Source of the DNA: Thermoplasmata archaeon
GTDB taxonomy: Archaea > Thermoplasmatota > Thermoplasmata > Lutacidiplasmatales > UBA184
Length of the DNA stretch: 64,000 bases
NCBI GenBank assembly: GCA_027314165.1
Contig: DAHVCH010000011.1
Coordinates: forward strand, 1,990-65,989
Direction: 5' to 3'
Positions 24,842 through 34,378 of this stretch are shown piece after piece (position 1 is the first letter of the stretch; each line of letters begins with the position of its first letter). The position numbers were made by a program, and so were the translations under genes. Below the pieces are notes generated by a model. It ran no database searches, was not told the DNA's origin, and saw only the letters and a list, made by a program, of their open reading frames with translations.

Positions 24842-25852
24842 ATGCTGAAGCGTCCTCGCAAGGTCACCTCCTCGGCGACGCTCGAGCAGGTGAGCGAGGC
24901 TTCGCTCCACGAGTGGATTGCCCGCACGCTCCCCGCCGGCAAGGCGGGCCTCCTCCCGGTGGGCGACGACTGCGCGGCCATCCCCACCGGTGGGAAGTTC
25001 GTCCACCTCCTCACCACCGACGCGGTGATGGAAGGGACCCACTTCCCTCCCACCGCGGACCCGCGGGCCGTCGGACGGTTCGCGGCGAACGTCAACTTCT
25101 CCGACCTGGCCGCGAAGGGCGGGCGCCCCGTCGCGCTCCTCGGGGCCATGCTCGTCCCGGCCGAGACCCCGCTGCGCTGGGCCCAGCAGGTGATCATCGG
25201 ACTGGAGGAGGCCTCCCGCCTCGCCGGCACGCACCTCCTGGGCGGGGACAGCAAGCGCAGCGAGAACCGCGGGGTCGTACCGGTCGCGGTGGGAGAAGCG
25301 GACGCTCGCTACCTCATGCCGATCTCCGGCGCGATGCCCGGGGACCTCCTCGCGACGACCGGCACGACGGGACGGGGCAGCTCCGCCTTCCTGGCCTGGA
25401 AGGAGGAGTCGCTCAGCGAGAAGGAGGCCCTCGGGGTCCTGCTGAACATCCGTCCCCGGCTCCGGGAGGGGTACGCGCTCTCCACCACCGCCACCGCGAC
25501 CACGGACACCTCCGACGGCCTCCTTGCGGCGGTGGACCACCTCTGCCGGGCCTCCGGCGTCTCCGCCCACCTCCGCGACGACTGGGTCCCGTACGACCCG
25601 CTCGCGCTCAAGGTCGCGAAGGCGCTCGACCTCCCCATCGAGAAGGTCGCCTACCTCGGAGGGGACTACGAGCTCCTGACCGCCTTCCCGCGCGCGAGCT
25701 TCGACGCGACGCTCAAGAACGTCGTCAAGGCGGGCGGGCACATCTGCGTCATCGGGAGCGTCGGCGAGAAGGGCGGGTCCTACTTCGAGGACAAGGAAGG
25801 CCACACCCGCCCCCTCCCGAACGTCGGGTGGGACTCGTTCTCTCGCGGTTGA
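24842..25852 (+). CDS. thiL: AIR-synthase-fold kinase, thiamine-monophosphate kinase (ThiL)-like
   Basis: …GLLPVGDDCAAIP…LLTTDAVMEGTHF…RFAANVNFSDLAAKGGRP…TDTSDGLLAAV…GGDYELLTAF. ATG at 24842. The upstream part of ORF 23546.. overlaps the ACAD gene in another frame. Confidence 0.7.
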   Translation: MLKRPRKVTSSATLEQVSEASLHEWIARTLPAGKAGLLPVGDDCAAIPTGGKFVHLLTTDAVMEGTHFPPTADPRAVGRFAANVNFSDLAAKGGRPVALLGAMLVPAETPLRWAQQVIIGLEEASRLAGTHLLGGDSKRSENRGVVPVAVGEADARYLMPISGAMPGDLLATTGTTGRGSSAFLAWKEESLSEKEALGVLLNIRPRLREGYALSTTATATTDTSDGLLAAVDHLCRASGVSAHLRDDWVPYDPLALKVAKALDLPIEKVAYLGGDYELLTAFPRASFDATLKNVVKAGGHICVIGSVGEKGGSYFEDKEGHTRPLPNVGWDSFSRG

Positions 25853-25888
25853 GTGGGACGTGGAGGAGCGCGGACCCGCGCTCGCGCC

Positions 25889-26581
25889 TCAGGTGTCGAG
25901 CGACTCGAACCGGAGGAAGGACCAGAGGAGCGCCACCACGGCGACCGCCAGGAGCACCGCGGGGAAGAGCATGCTGATCTGCCCCTCGTAGGTGAACCAC
26001 CCGGCGAGGGCCACGGTCACGACCCCGGCGAGCACTCCGGCCACCAGGGCCTCGGAGGAGCTGCGCGTCAGGACGGAGGCGTTCACCGCGATCGCTCCCA
26101 GGAAGAGGAGCAGGCAGAGCACTCCCTCGAAGAGGTGCACGGGGTCGAAGAGCGGGGCCGCCTCCCCCGAGCTGGCGGGGACCACCGCCGAGGCGATGGG
26201 CCAGACCAGGAGCCCCCCGACGACGAAGGCCCCGAGGGTGAGCCCGAACACGACCAGGAGACGACCGGCCAGGATGCCCGCCCGCGACTGCGGCAGCCCG
26301 AAGGAGATCATGTGGGAGCGGCGGGCGATCTCCTCGCCGACGGTGAGGGCCCCGAGGTCGAGCATCACCATCCCCGCGAGCCCCCCGGTCACGAAGAGCC
26401 CCAGCGTGAGGGCCGTCCCGTGGGTCAGGAGGGTGCCGTTCGCCTGGACGTGGGCGAAGTAGAGGAAGGCGAGGAGGCTTCCCACGGGCCCGGCGATCAC
26501 CGGGATGACGAGCAGGAAGAGGCGCTTGGAGCGGACGAGGCGGATGAGCTCCCAGCGCGCGTTCGCCACGAGCGCGCTCAC
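25889..26581 (-). CDS. ABC-2-type transporter permease
   Basis: 230 aa with about 6 TM segments. It overlaps the stop of the upstream ATPase gene by 4 nt. Confidence 0.65.
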   Translation of the reverse strand: MSALVANARWELIRLVRSKRLFLLVIPVIAGPVGSLLAFLYFAHVQANGTLLTHGTALTLGLFVTGGLAGMVMLDLGALTVGEEIARRSHMISFGLPQSRAGILAGRLLVVFGLTLGAFVVGGLLVWPIASAVVPASSGEAAPLFDPVHLFEGVLCLLLFLGAIAVNASVLTRSSSEALVAGVLAGVVTVALAGWFTYEGQISMLFPAVLLAVAVVALLWSFLRFESLDT

Positions 26582-27561
26582 GCGGCATCCTCCCGTCCGA
26601 CCTTCTGAAGGTAGAGCGTCCCGAGGTCCGAGCCGACCGCCTCCACGCGGGAGACGGCGACCCCTCCGGTGACCAGGGCCCTCACGACCTGGCTCTGCGC
26701 CGCCTCATCCCCCTTGAACTTGAGCAGGAACTCGCGGCCGGCACGCGTCTCCTCGAGCTCCACCTCGGGGGGGAGGAGCGCGCGCAGTCCGGCGACGGGC
26801 GAGGCGGAGGAGGTCCGCACGCGCAGGGTTCGCGGCCGAACCGTGGCACCGTCCTCCGCCCCGGCCTCGACCGGGGCCTCCCCCACCAGGCGCCCGGCCC
26901 GCAAGAAGAGGACCCGGTGGCAGACCTCCTCGACGTCCTCGAGCAGGTGGGTGGAGAGGAAGATGGTGCGCCCTTCCTGGCGGAGCTCCCGCAGCACCCG
27001 GCGAAGGTCCGCGCGAGCTGCCGGGTCGAGGCCGAGCGTGGGCTCGTCCAGGACCAGGACCCGCGGGTCGCCGATGAGCGAGCCGGCGAGAAGGAGACGG
27101 CGTAGGAGACCCGTGCTGAGCGTCCCGAGCGGACGGTCGAGCGGTTCCACCACGTCGAGACGCTTCGCGGCACGGACCACGGCGGCCCCGCGCTCGTGGA
27201 CCGGGAGCCCCTTCACCTCCGCGATGTGCTCGAGCAGGTCCCGGCCCCGCACGTACGGGAGCACGCCCGGGGTCTCGACGAGGACCCCGACCGACGCGAG
27301 GGCGCGCGCTCGGTCCTTCGCAGGGTCGATGCCCCCGAGCCGGAGCGAGCCCGCGGTCGGGCGTGTGAGCCCCGAGAGGAGCTTCAGCGTGGTGGTCTTG
27401 CCCGAGCCGTTGGGCCCGAGGTACCCCACCGCCTCCCCCTCCCGGACCGTGAAGGAGACCTCGGAGAGCGCCGAGAGGTCGCCGTAGCGCTTGGAGACCT
27501 TCTCCAGGGCGAAGGCCTCCCCGCCGGACACGGACCGGAGAGCGCGTACCCGGGATATCAC
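26578..27561 (-). CDS. ABC transporter ATP-binding protein (ABC-2/DrrA-like)
   Basis: Walker A GPNGSGKTT, signature LSTGLLRRLLLA, Walker B VLVLDEPTLGLD, plus a C-terminal accessory domain. GTG start. Confidence 0.9.
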   Translation of the reverse strand: MISRVRALRSVSGGEAFALEKVSKRYGDLSALSEVSFTVREGEAVGYLGPNGSGKTTTLKLLSGLTRPTAGSLRLGGIDPAKDRARALASVGVLVETPGVLPYVRGRDLLEHIAEVKGLPVHERGAAVVRAAKRLDVVEPLDRPLGTLSTGLLRRLLLAGSLIGDPRVLVLDEPTLGLDPAARADLRRVLRELRQEGRTIFLSTHLLEDVEEVCHRVLFLRAGRLVGEAPVEAGAEDGATVRPRTLRVRTSSASPVAGLRALLPPEVELEETRAGREFLLKFKGDEAAQSQVVRALVTGGVAVSRVEAVGSDLGTLYLQKVGREDAA

Positions 27562-27608
27562 ACCGTCGCCACACTCGCCCTATTAGCCCGCGTCAGGTCT
27601 CAGACCCC

Positions 27609-28337
27609 ATGCCTCCCCTCAGGACCTCCCAGGCGGCGACGGCGTCCACCGACCGGGACCGGGTGGATCCCGGATGGGTCCGAAAGCTCACGGGGCGGCC
27701 GCTCCCGGAGGTCCGCGCCGCCATGAAGGAGGCCCAGGACGACCGGGTCCTCGCCGAGGCGATCGCCTCCGCCCACGCCTCCGCGGGCCGGGACTTCTAC
27801 GCCCAGGTCCGGGCCCCCTTCGAGCTCTACGCGCTCGCCCGGCTCCTCCGCCCCGCCCACATCGTCGAGGTCGGGGTCTCCTCCGGCGTCTCCTCCGCGT
27901 ACTTCCTGAAGGCTCTCTCGAAGAACGGCGAGGGACATCTCCACTCGATCGACCTCCCGACGAAGCAGAAGGGCCCGCGCTTCTCCGAAGGGGAGGATTC
28001 GCCCGTCGCGCTGCCGCCCGGCCGCGCTTCCGGCTGGGCCGTGCCGTCGGACCTCCGGGGTGGGTGGGACCTACGTCTCGGACCGAGCCAGGAGCTGCTG
28101 CCGAAGCTCGTGGGGGAGCTCGACGAGGTGGGGATCTTCCTGCACGACAGCCTCCACACCTTCGCCCACGCCACCTTCGAGCTCGCCTGCGTCGACCCGA
28201 AGGTCCCGGCGGGAGGGGTCCTCCTTGCCGACAACACCGAGTGGCTGGAGGGGGCCCTCGACCGGTTCGCAGAGGCGAAGGGGACCCGGACGTACTACCG
28301 TCGGGGCATGGACCTGGGCGGATTCCGAAAACCCTGA
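27609..28337 (+). CDS. Class I SAM-dependent methyltransferase (O-methyltransferase / Methyltransf_24-like)
   Basis: …RPAHIVEVGVSSGVSSAYFLKAL…HLHSIDL…IFLHDSLHTF…GGVLLADN…. Rossmann-like motif I and the post-I acidic residue are present. Confidence 0.6.
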   Translation: MPPLRTSQAATASTDRDRVDPGWVRKLTGRPLPEVRAAMKEAQDDRVLAEAIASAHASAGRDFYAQVRAPFELYALARLLRPAHIVEVGVSSGVSSAYFLKALSKNGEGHLHSIDLPTKQKGPRFSEGEDSPVALPPGRASGWAVPSDLRGGWDLRLGPSQELLPKLVGELDEVGIFLHDSLHTFAHATFELACVDPKVPAGGVLLADNTEWLEGALDRFAEAKGTRTYYRRGMDLGGFRKP

Positions 28338-28503
28338 CCGGTACGGCGGAGGGGAGGCCACCCCCTTTCACGCCCCGCCGTGGGCCTCACCTACGCCGAC
28401 GGGATGTCGGCGACGGGCACGAATCTGTACCTTGTCCCGACAGAACAGGGGAGGAACTTATGTACCCCTCCGCTGTGGTCGCTCTCCCCGATAAGGGGAC
28501 GGT

Positions 28504-29772
28504 GTGTCGATGACGAATAACGGTGGAGCAGTGAACCCGTTCGAGACGGCCCAGCGACAAGTGGACATTTGCGCCAAGTACCTGAACTTGGACGCGGGAA
28601 TGACCGAGATCCTGAAGCACCCGAAGCGGGAGCTCACGGTCAACTTCCCCGTCCGGATGGACAACGGTTCCTACCGCGTCTTCACCGGGTACCGGGTCCA
28701 GTACAACATGGCCCGCGGCCCGACCAAGGGAGGTATCCGCTACCACCCCCAGGTCACGCTCGACGAGGTTCGTGCGCTGGCGGCCTGGATGACCTGGAAG
28801 TGCGCGGTCGTCAGCCTTCCCTACGGGGGAGCGAAGGGCGGCGTCATCTGCGACCCCAAGGCGATGAGCAAGGGGGAGCTTGAGCGGATGACCCGGCGCT
28901 TCGCCAGCGAGATCAGCCCGATCATCGGACCTGAGATCGATGTCCCGGCTCCGGACGTCTACACCGACAGCCAGACCATGGCCTGGATCATGGACACGTA
29001 CTCGATGCAGAAGGGCTACTCGGTCCCCGGCGTCGTCACGGGCAAGCCGCTCTCCATCGGCGGGTCCGAGGGACGCGGCGAGGCCACGGGCCGCGGCTGC
29101 ATGTACGTCATCCGGGAAGCGGCGAAGGACCTGGGACTCAACATGAAGGGCGCCTCCGTCGCCGTCCAGGGCTTCGGGAACGCGGGCAGCGTCGCCGCGA
29201 AGCTCGTGCACGCGGAGCTCGGCGGGAAGATCATCGCGGTCTCGGACACGAAGGGCGGGATCCTCAACAAGAACGGGCTCGACCCGGTCGCCGTCGAGAA
29301 GTACAAGCAGGAGAAGGGCTCGGTGGTCGGGTTCCCCGGCTCCCAGAAGATCAGCAACAACGAGCTGCTCGCCCTGGACTGCGACGTGCTCATCCCCGCG
29401 GCGCTCGAGAACCAGATCACGAGGGAGAACGCCTCCAGCGTGAAGGCCAAGATCATCGCCGAGGCGGCGAACGGGCCTACCACCCCCGAGGCCGACGAGA
29501 TCCTCCACAAGAACAAGGTGACCGTCCTGCCCGACGTTCTCGCGAACGCCGGCGGGGTCACGGTCAGCTACTTCGAGTGGGTCCAGGACCTGCAGGGGTA
29601 CTTCTGGGACGTCAACGACGTGAACTCCCGCCTGGAGCGCGTCATGTCCGGGTCGTACCGCGGTGTCGCGGAGGTCGCGAAGAAGCACGGGGTGCACAAC
29701 CGCACCGCCGCCTACATCGTCGCGGTCGGCCGCGTCGTCGAAGCGATGCGCGTCCGCGGGATCTACCCGTAG
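28504..29772 (+). CDS. gdhA: Glutamate dehydrogenase
   Basis: …GPTKGGIRYHP…KCAVVSLPYGGAKGGV…VAVQGFGNAGS… are textbook GDH motifs. The start is either GTG 28504 or ATG 28510. Confidence 0.92.
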   Translation: MSMTNNGGAVNPFETAQRQVDICAKYLNLDAGMTEILKHPKRELTVNFPVRMDNGSYRVFTGYRVQYNMARGPTKGGIRYHPQVTLDEVRALAAWMTWKCAVVSLPYGGAKGGVICDPKAMSKGELERMTRRFASEISPIIGPEIDVPAPDVYTDSQTMAWIMDTYSMQKGYSVPGVVTGKPLSIGGSEGRGEATGRGCMYVIREAAKDLGLNMKGASVAVQGFGNAGSVAAKLVHAELGGKIIAVSDTKGGILNKNGLDPVAVEKYKQEKGSVVGFPGSQKISNNELLALDCDVLIPAALENQITRENASSVKAKIIAEAANGPTTPEADEILHKNKVTVLPDVLANAGGVTVSYFEWVQDLQGYFWDVNDVNSRLERVMSGSYRGVAEVAKKHGVHNRTAAYIVAVGRVVEAMRVRGIYP

Positions 29773-29786
29773 GTCCGCCCAAGTCG

Positions 29787-29815
29787 GGGGAGGGGAGCGG
29801 AACGCTCCCCTCCCC
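29787..29815 (+). terminator. Strong hairpin GGGGAGGGGAGCG-GAA-CGCTCCCCTCCCC directly after gdhA
   Basis: 13-bp perfect stem starting 15 nt after the stop, followed by a pyrimidine/T-containing stretch (CCCTTTCTCC). Confidence 0.4.
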
Positions 29816-29875
29816 TCGAACCCTTTCTCCCCGCCCTTCGCCTGGGCTTCATGAGCTCCGGCGTCTCATCCTTCC

Positions 29876-30979
29876 ATGTCCGAAAGCTCGCTTGAGCGCC
29901 GCGTGTCCCGGCACCTGCTGAAGAACTACCTCCGGGTCCGCCGGGGCGAGAACCTGCTCGTCGAGACGTGGAACCACTCGCTGGAGATGGTCTCGGCCCT
30001 CGTGGACGAGGCGCGCAAGCTGGGCGTCCGAACGATGGTGGTGCTGGAGGACGAGCGCGCTTTCTGGTCCGCGATGGACCGCAAGCAAGGGAAGCTCCTG
30101 GGGGAGTCGAGCGACCCGGAGTGGGCCGCCCTCTCGAAGGCCGACGCCTACGTCTTCTTCTGGGGCCCGGAGGACCGACCCCGGGGGGAGCGGTACGGCG
30201 ACGCCCTCTGGGGCCAAGCGCTCGCCTACAACCCCCGCTGGTACGCGGAAGCCCGCGCGGCCGGGCTCCGCGGGGTCCGGATCGAGGCCGCGCGCGCCAC
30301 CGACCCCGTCGCCCGCTCCCTGGGGGTCAACGGCAAGCTCTGGCGGAAGCAGCTGCTGGAAGGGTCCCTCGCCGACCCGCGGTCCATGGCGGCGGCGGGA
30401 GCTCGGCTCGCGCGCCAGTTGAAAGGCGCCCGCGAGCTCCGCCTGACGCACCGCAACGGCACCGACCTCGAGCTCAAGCTCGGGGGGACGAAGCCCCAGA
30501 TCTTCACCGGACTGCCGGAGGGGCCGAAGGCGGGCCCGCGGTTCCGCCTCATGGCCACCGCCCCCACCGGAGCGTTCTACACCACCCTCGACGGCCAGGT
30601 CGCGGAGGGCCGCATCGTGGCCAACCGCACGAGCTACGTGGACAACGAGTCGCCGGAAGCCGTGGGCACTTGGACGTTCAAGGGCGGACGGCTCGTCTCC
30701 CGGACCTTCCGCTCCGGCAAGGCGGACTTCGAGCGCCGGTACGCCAAGGGATCGAAGGGGAAGGACCGCCCGAGCCTCCTCGCGATCGGCCTGAACGACA
30801 AGCTGGGCGAGGTCCCGAACATGGAGGACTCCGAAGCGGGGGCCGTCATGGTCGGGGTGGGGGGCAACCGCCCCTGGGGAGGGTCGAACCCCTCCTCGTT
30901 CGTGGGATGGGCCGCGCTCCAGGGCGCGGAGCTCACCGTTGACGGCAAGGCCGTCGTCCGAGGGGGCAGGGTCCTCTAG
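29876..30979 (+). CDS. M29-family aminopeptidase (AmpS/aminopeptidase T-like)
   Basis: 367 aa: …LLKNYLRVRRGENLLVETWNH…LTHRNGTDLELKLGG…NMEDSEAGAVMVGVGGN…. The family call rests on overall pattern resemblance. Confidence 0.6.
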   Translation: MSESSLERRVSRHLLKNYLRVRRGENLLVETWNHSLEMVSALVDEARKLGVRTMVVLEDERAFWSAMDRKQGKLLGESSDPEWAALSKADAYVFFWGPEDRPRGERYGDALWGQALAYNPRWYAEARAAGLRGVRIEAARATDPVARSLGVNGKLWRKQLLEGSLADPRSMAAAGARLARQLKGARELRLTHRNGTDLELKLGGTKPQIFTGLPEGPKAGPRFRLMATAPTGAFYTTLDGQVAEGRIVANRTSYVDNESPEAVGTWTFKGGRLVSRTFRSGKADFERRYAKGSKGKDRPSLLAIGLNDKLGEVPNMEDSEAGAVMVGVGGNRPWGGSNPSSFVGWAALQGAELTVDGKAVVRGGRVL

Positions 30980-31115
30980 TCTCCTCCCACGGAAACGGAA
31001 GAGGGGAAGGGAAGGCCCGACCGCCGCTCGCTCCCAGCCCGGGGGCGGGCCGGTCGGCCCTTCGCCCCGCCCTCGAGAAGCAATCTTCAAGTCCAGCGGG
31101 ACCCCCCCGGGCCCC

Positions 31116-31721
31116 GTGGACTACCCTCCCTGCCGCGTCGTCCCCTGGTCGGAGATCGATCGGTGGTCCGACCTGCTCGCCGAGAAGATCCGCGCGGCCC
31201 ACCACGAGCCGGAGGTCATCGTCGGCCTGACCCGGGGCGGCTGGGTCCCCTCGCGCATGCTGGCCGACAGGCTGGGAACGAAGCACCTGGCGGCGCTCCG
31301 CGCCCAGCACTGGGGGGTCACCGCGACCCCCTCCGGCAAGGCCGAGATCACGGAGGGGCTGAACGGGCGGCTCGACGGGAAGAAGGTCCTGGTCGTCGAC
31401 GACATCACCGACACGGGGCAGAGCCTCCAGCTCGCGGTCCGCCACGTCGCGGAGCGCGGCCCGGTGCAGGTGGAGAGCGCGACCTACCTCCACATCTCCC
31501 ACTCGACCTACGTCCCCACCTACTACGCCGAGGAGGTGCCCCGGGAATCCTGGCGGTGGTTCGTCTTCCCGTGGAACTACTGGGAGGACCTGCGCACCCT
31601 CGCCCGGACCGCGCGGGGGGACCACGATGCGGGGGCCGAGAAGGTCCTCGAAGTGCTGAAGGAACGCTGCGACCTGAACGTCCCGCTCGACCACGTCCGA
31701 AGGGCGCTCGAGCCCCACTGA
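31116..31721 (+). CDS. Purine phosphoribosyltransferase (Gpt/Hpt-like)
   Basis: …VIVGLTRGGWVPSRMLAD…GKKVLVVDDITDTGQSLQ… is the PRPP-binding motif. GTG 31116 is proposed as the start; the ORF-track start at 30939 overlaps the upstream gene. Confidence 0.7.
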   Translation: MDYPPCRVVPWSEIDRWSDLLAEKIRAAHHEPEVIVGLTRGGWVPSRMLADRLGTKHLAALRAQHWGVTATPSGKAEITEGLNGRLDGKKVLVVDDITDTGQSLQLAVRHVAERGPVQVESATYLHISHSTYVPTYYAEEVPRESWRWFVFPWNYWEDLRTLARTARGDHDAGAEKVLEVLKERCDLNVPLDHVRRALEPH

Positions 31722-31737
31722 CCACCGAGGGAGCCCA

Positions 31738-33012
31738 GTGGTCCGTCTCCTCCCGGTGCGCGCGTGGCATCCTGCCGCCCACGCGGCGGGATCCTCGGGC
31801 CTCGTCGCTCCGGTCTACGACACGTTGGGCCCGGAGGACCACCGCCGCTTCGACGCGCTGCCCCACAACGCCGCCACGTTCACCTCGCGCCCGAGCGACC
31901 TATCGGTGGAGGCTTTCCTGGAGGAGGCGAAGCGGCGGCTCGACGAGGCGCTCGCGGCCCGGGCCTACGTCCAGGACGACGCTCCCGCGCTCTACGTCTA
32001 CGCGATCCGCTACCGTCCACCGCCCGAGATCGTCGAGACGCTCCCGGAGGACCGTCGGAGAGCGGAGTACCTCCTCCTGGGGCTCGTGGGAAGCCTTCCG
32101 GAGGACGACCTGAACTCCGCGGAGATCGCCCTCCACGAGCGGACCTTCTCCGACCGGGTCGAGGAGCGCGTGCGGCTCACCGAGACCACCCACATGAGCT
32201 TCGCCCCGATCATGGCCGGGTACGCTTCCGGGTCCCACGAGATCAACGACCTCCTGGAGCGCTACCTCGGGATCGACCGCCGCAAGCTCTCCTTCCAGGG
32301 CACCCTCCCCCCGCTCGTCGAGGCGAAACTGGACGGCGCCGAGCACCGGCTGTGGCGCCTGGACGACGAGGGGGTCGCGAAGAAGGTCCAGGACCTCCTC
32401 CGGACCCAGCGCATCCTCATCCTGGATGGCCACCACCGTTTCACCGCGGCCCGCCGGATGCGGGAGAAGGGGAGCCCCGTTCGTCCTCTGACGATGCTCG
32501 TGGAAGCGCACGACAAGGCGCTCCTCCTGCTGCCGTGGCACCGGGTGCTCTCCCCCTCACAGCTCACCTACGAGACGTTCCTAGAGAAGGCGCGGGCGTC
32601 CTTCGTCTCCCTGGAGGAGCTCCCCCCGGAGCTCGCTGTCGCGGACGCGGTCCGCGCGGTCCAGGGGCTGCGAGGAGGGGGGCACCGGGGCTTCCTGGCG
32701 CTGGGGCCCAAGCGGGCGACCCTGGTCCGGGGACCGGACGGCAGCGAAGAGGGTCAGGACTTCGAGCTGCTCCACCGCTTCCTCGAGGGGGAGCTTCGCC
32801 TGGACCCTTCCCGGTTCAGCTTCGTGCGTTCCCCGAGACAGGCGCTGGCCCAGGTGCGGCGTGAGGGAGGGGTCGGCTTCCTGCTCCCGCCGCTCTCCTT
32901 CCGCGGCGTGGAGGCGGAGGCGTTCGCTCACCGGGTGATGGCCCAGAAGTCGACGATGTTCCTCCCGAAGGTCGCCGAAGGGCTCGTCTTCGCCCCGGCC
33001 CGTGCCGGATAA
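31738..33012 (+). CDS. DUF1015-family protein
   Basis: 424 aa: …IALHERTFSDRVEERVRLTETTHMSFAPIMAGY…ILILDGHHRFTAA… are the characteristic HE.T…, PI…Y and DGHHR motifs. Confidence 0.7.
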   Translation: MVRLLPVRAWHPAAHAAGSSGLVAPVYDTLGPEDHRRFDALPHNAATFTSRPSDLSVEAFLEEAKRRLDEALAARAYVQDDAPALYVYAIRYRPPPEIVETLPEDRRRAEYLLLGLVGSLPEDDLNSAEIALHERTFSDRVEERVRLTETTHMSFAPIMAGYASGSHEINDLLERYLGIDRRKLSFQGTLPPLVEAKLDGAEHRLWRLDDEGVAKKVQDLLRTQRILILDGHHRFTAARRMREKGSPVRPLTMLVEAHDKALLLLPWHRVLSPSQLTYETFLEKARASFVSLEELPPELAVADAVRAVQGLRGGGHRGFLALGPKRATLVRGPDGSEEGQDFELLHRFLEGELRLDPSRFSFVRSPRQALAQVRREGGVGFLLPPLSFRGVEAEAFAHRVMAQKSTMFLPKVAEGLVFAPARAG

Positions 33013-33062
33013 GGTCGGGGCGCGACGGACGGGACCGACGGGACGGAAGCGGCGGCGCCGAC

Positions 33063-34175
33063 CTACCCGGTGCTCGGCCGTACGCCCTTGGTCGCGAGGG
33101 CCGCCGAGGTGCGGAGGTACTGGCGCAGGGTCTCGGCGAGCCCGCCCGTGAGGATCCCGAGGGCCACGCCGACGAGCGAGACGACCAGCACCGAGGCGGA
33201 GGCCGGGAAGAAGATGGCCCGGAAGAGGAAGATCAGGCTGTAGCCTTCGATGCTGGCGGCCGTGAAGGAGACCAGCGCGACCCACACGGACGCGGGGATC
33301 CGGCTCCGCGCGAGCAGCCAGCGGATCGCACGTCCACCCTCGAAGGCCACCGCGGCCCCGATCCACCAGGCGAGCGCCGTCGCGAGGAAGTCCAGGAAGT
33401 GGGCGAGCGGGTTCGGGTTTGTTTCGGCCGACCACGCGTCGCTGCCCAGGAGGAACCCCAGCAGCACGAGGGAGAGCGAGAGGATCCCGAAGAACACGGC
33501 GACGGACCCGCGGCGGAGGTCCGAGCCGAAGGACTGCACCTGGGCGACGATCCACTCGTCGACCTCGAAGGTCCAGAGGAAGAGGTAGAACCCCAGGAGG
33601 AACATCAGGACGACAAGCCCGATGCCCCAGAGCTGGACCCCGAAGAAGGTCTGGAGCGAAAGGACGATCCCGAGGAAGATCAGGAACGAGGCGAGCGGCA
33701 GGACCGTCTTCGTCCGCAGCTTCTGGTCCTTGAGCGCCCGGACCAGGGTCATGTAGGTGCCCTGCAACGTCGCGCTCTGCCGGATGTAGACGCGGCGGAC
33801 CGAGTCCACCTTCGCCCGGGACTGGATGATGGGGTAGAGGAACTCGTCCTCCGCTCCGTCCGAGACCAGGTGCACCGCATCGACCTTGATCTTCGAGAGG
33901 ACCTCGTCGAACTGGGAGGAGACCTTCCGGTCGGAGATCGTCCCCACGCGGCCGTCCCCGGTGAGGACGAGCGCCTCGACCTCCTCGCCGGTGGCCCGGA
34001 GCTCGTCCAGGAGGTTCACCGCGGCCAGCATGGCGTTGGTGTCGGAGTCCTCCGGGTCGGCGACGCCCAGCTTGAGCGCGGCGTCGAGCACCGCCTCCCG
34101 GCCGAGGACGGGCCCATGGATGCCGGCCTTGCGGCCGAGGTCGTCGTCCCGGTCAACACAGATGACGAGGCGCAT
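33063..34175 (-). CDS. DUF373-family archaeal membrane protein
   Basis: MRLVICVDRDDDLGRKAGIHGPVLGREAVLDAALKLGVADPEDSDTNAM… is the conserved soluble N-domain, followed by about 7 TM segments. ATG at 34175. Confidence 0.75.
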   Translation of the reverse strand: MRLVICVDRDDDLGRKAGIHGPVLGREAVLDAALKLGVADPEDSDTNAMLAAVNLLDELRATGEEVEALVLTGDGRVGTISDRKVSSQFDEVLSKIKVDAVHLVSDGAEDEFLYPIIQSRAKVDSVRRVYIRQSATLQGTYMTLVRALKDQKLRTKTVLPLASFLIFLGIVLSLQTFFGVQLWGIGLVVLMFLLGFYLFLWTFEVDEWIVAQVQSFGSDLRRGSVAVFFGILSLSLVLLGFLLGSDAWSAETNPNPLAHFLDFLATALAWWIGAAVAFEGGRAIRWLLARSRIPASVWVALVSFTAASIEGYSLIFLFRAIFFPASASVLVVSLVGVALGILTGGLAETLRQYLRTSAALATKGVRPSTG

Positions 34176-34378
34176 GGGCAAGAGGCATCCACGGTCGACG
34201 GACCAGATATACCCTCGGTCTACCGAAGAGCCACAAAACACTCCGTAGGCAGGTTTTGGGCGTGGCCAGGAGGCCGCGTGGGGAGGGGCCGTTCCGCGGT
34301 CCCGCGGGCCCTCCCGCCGGCCCCGCGGGGCGGCGATAACCATTATCGTCCGGACCGTTGCGGGGAATCCCCACGACC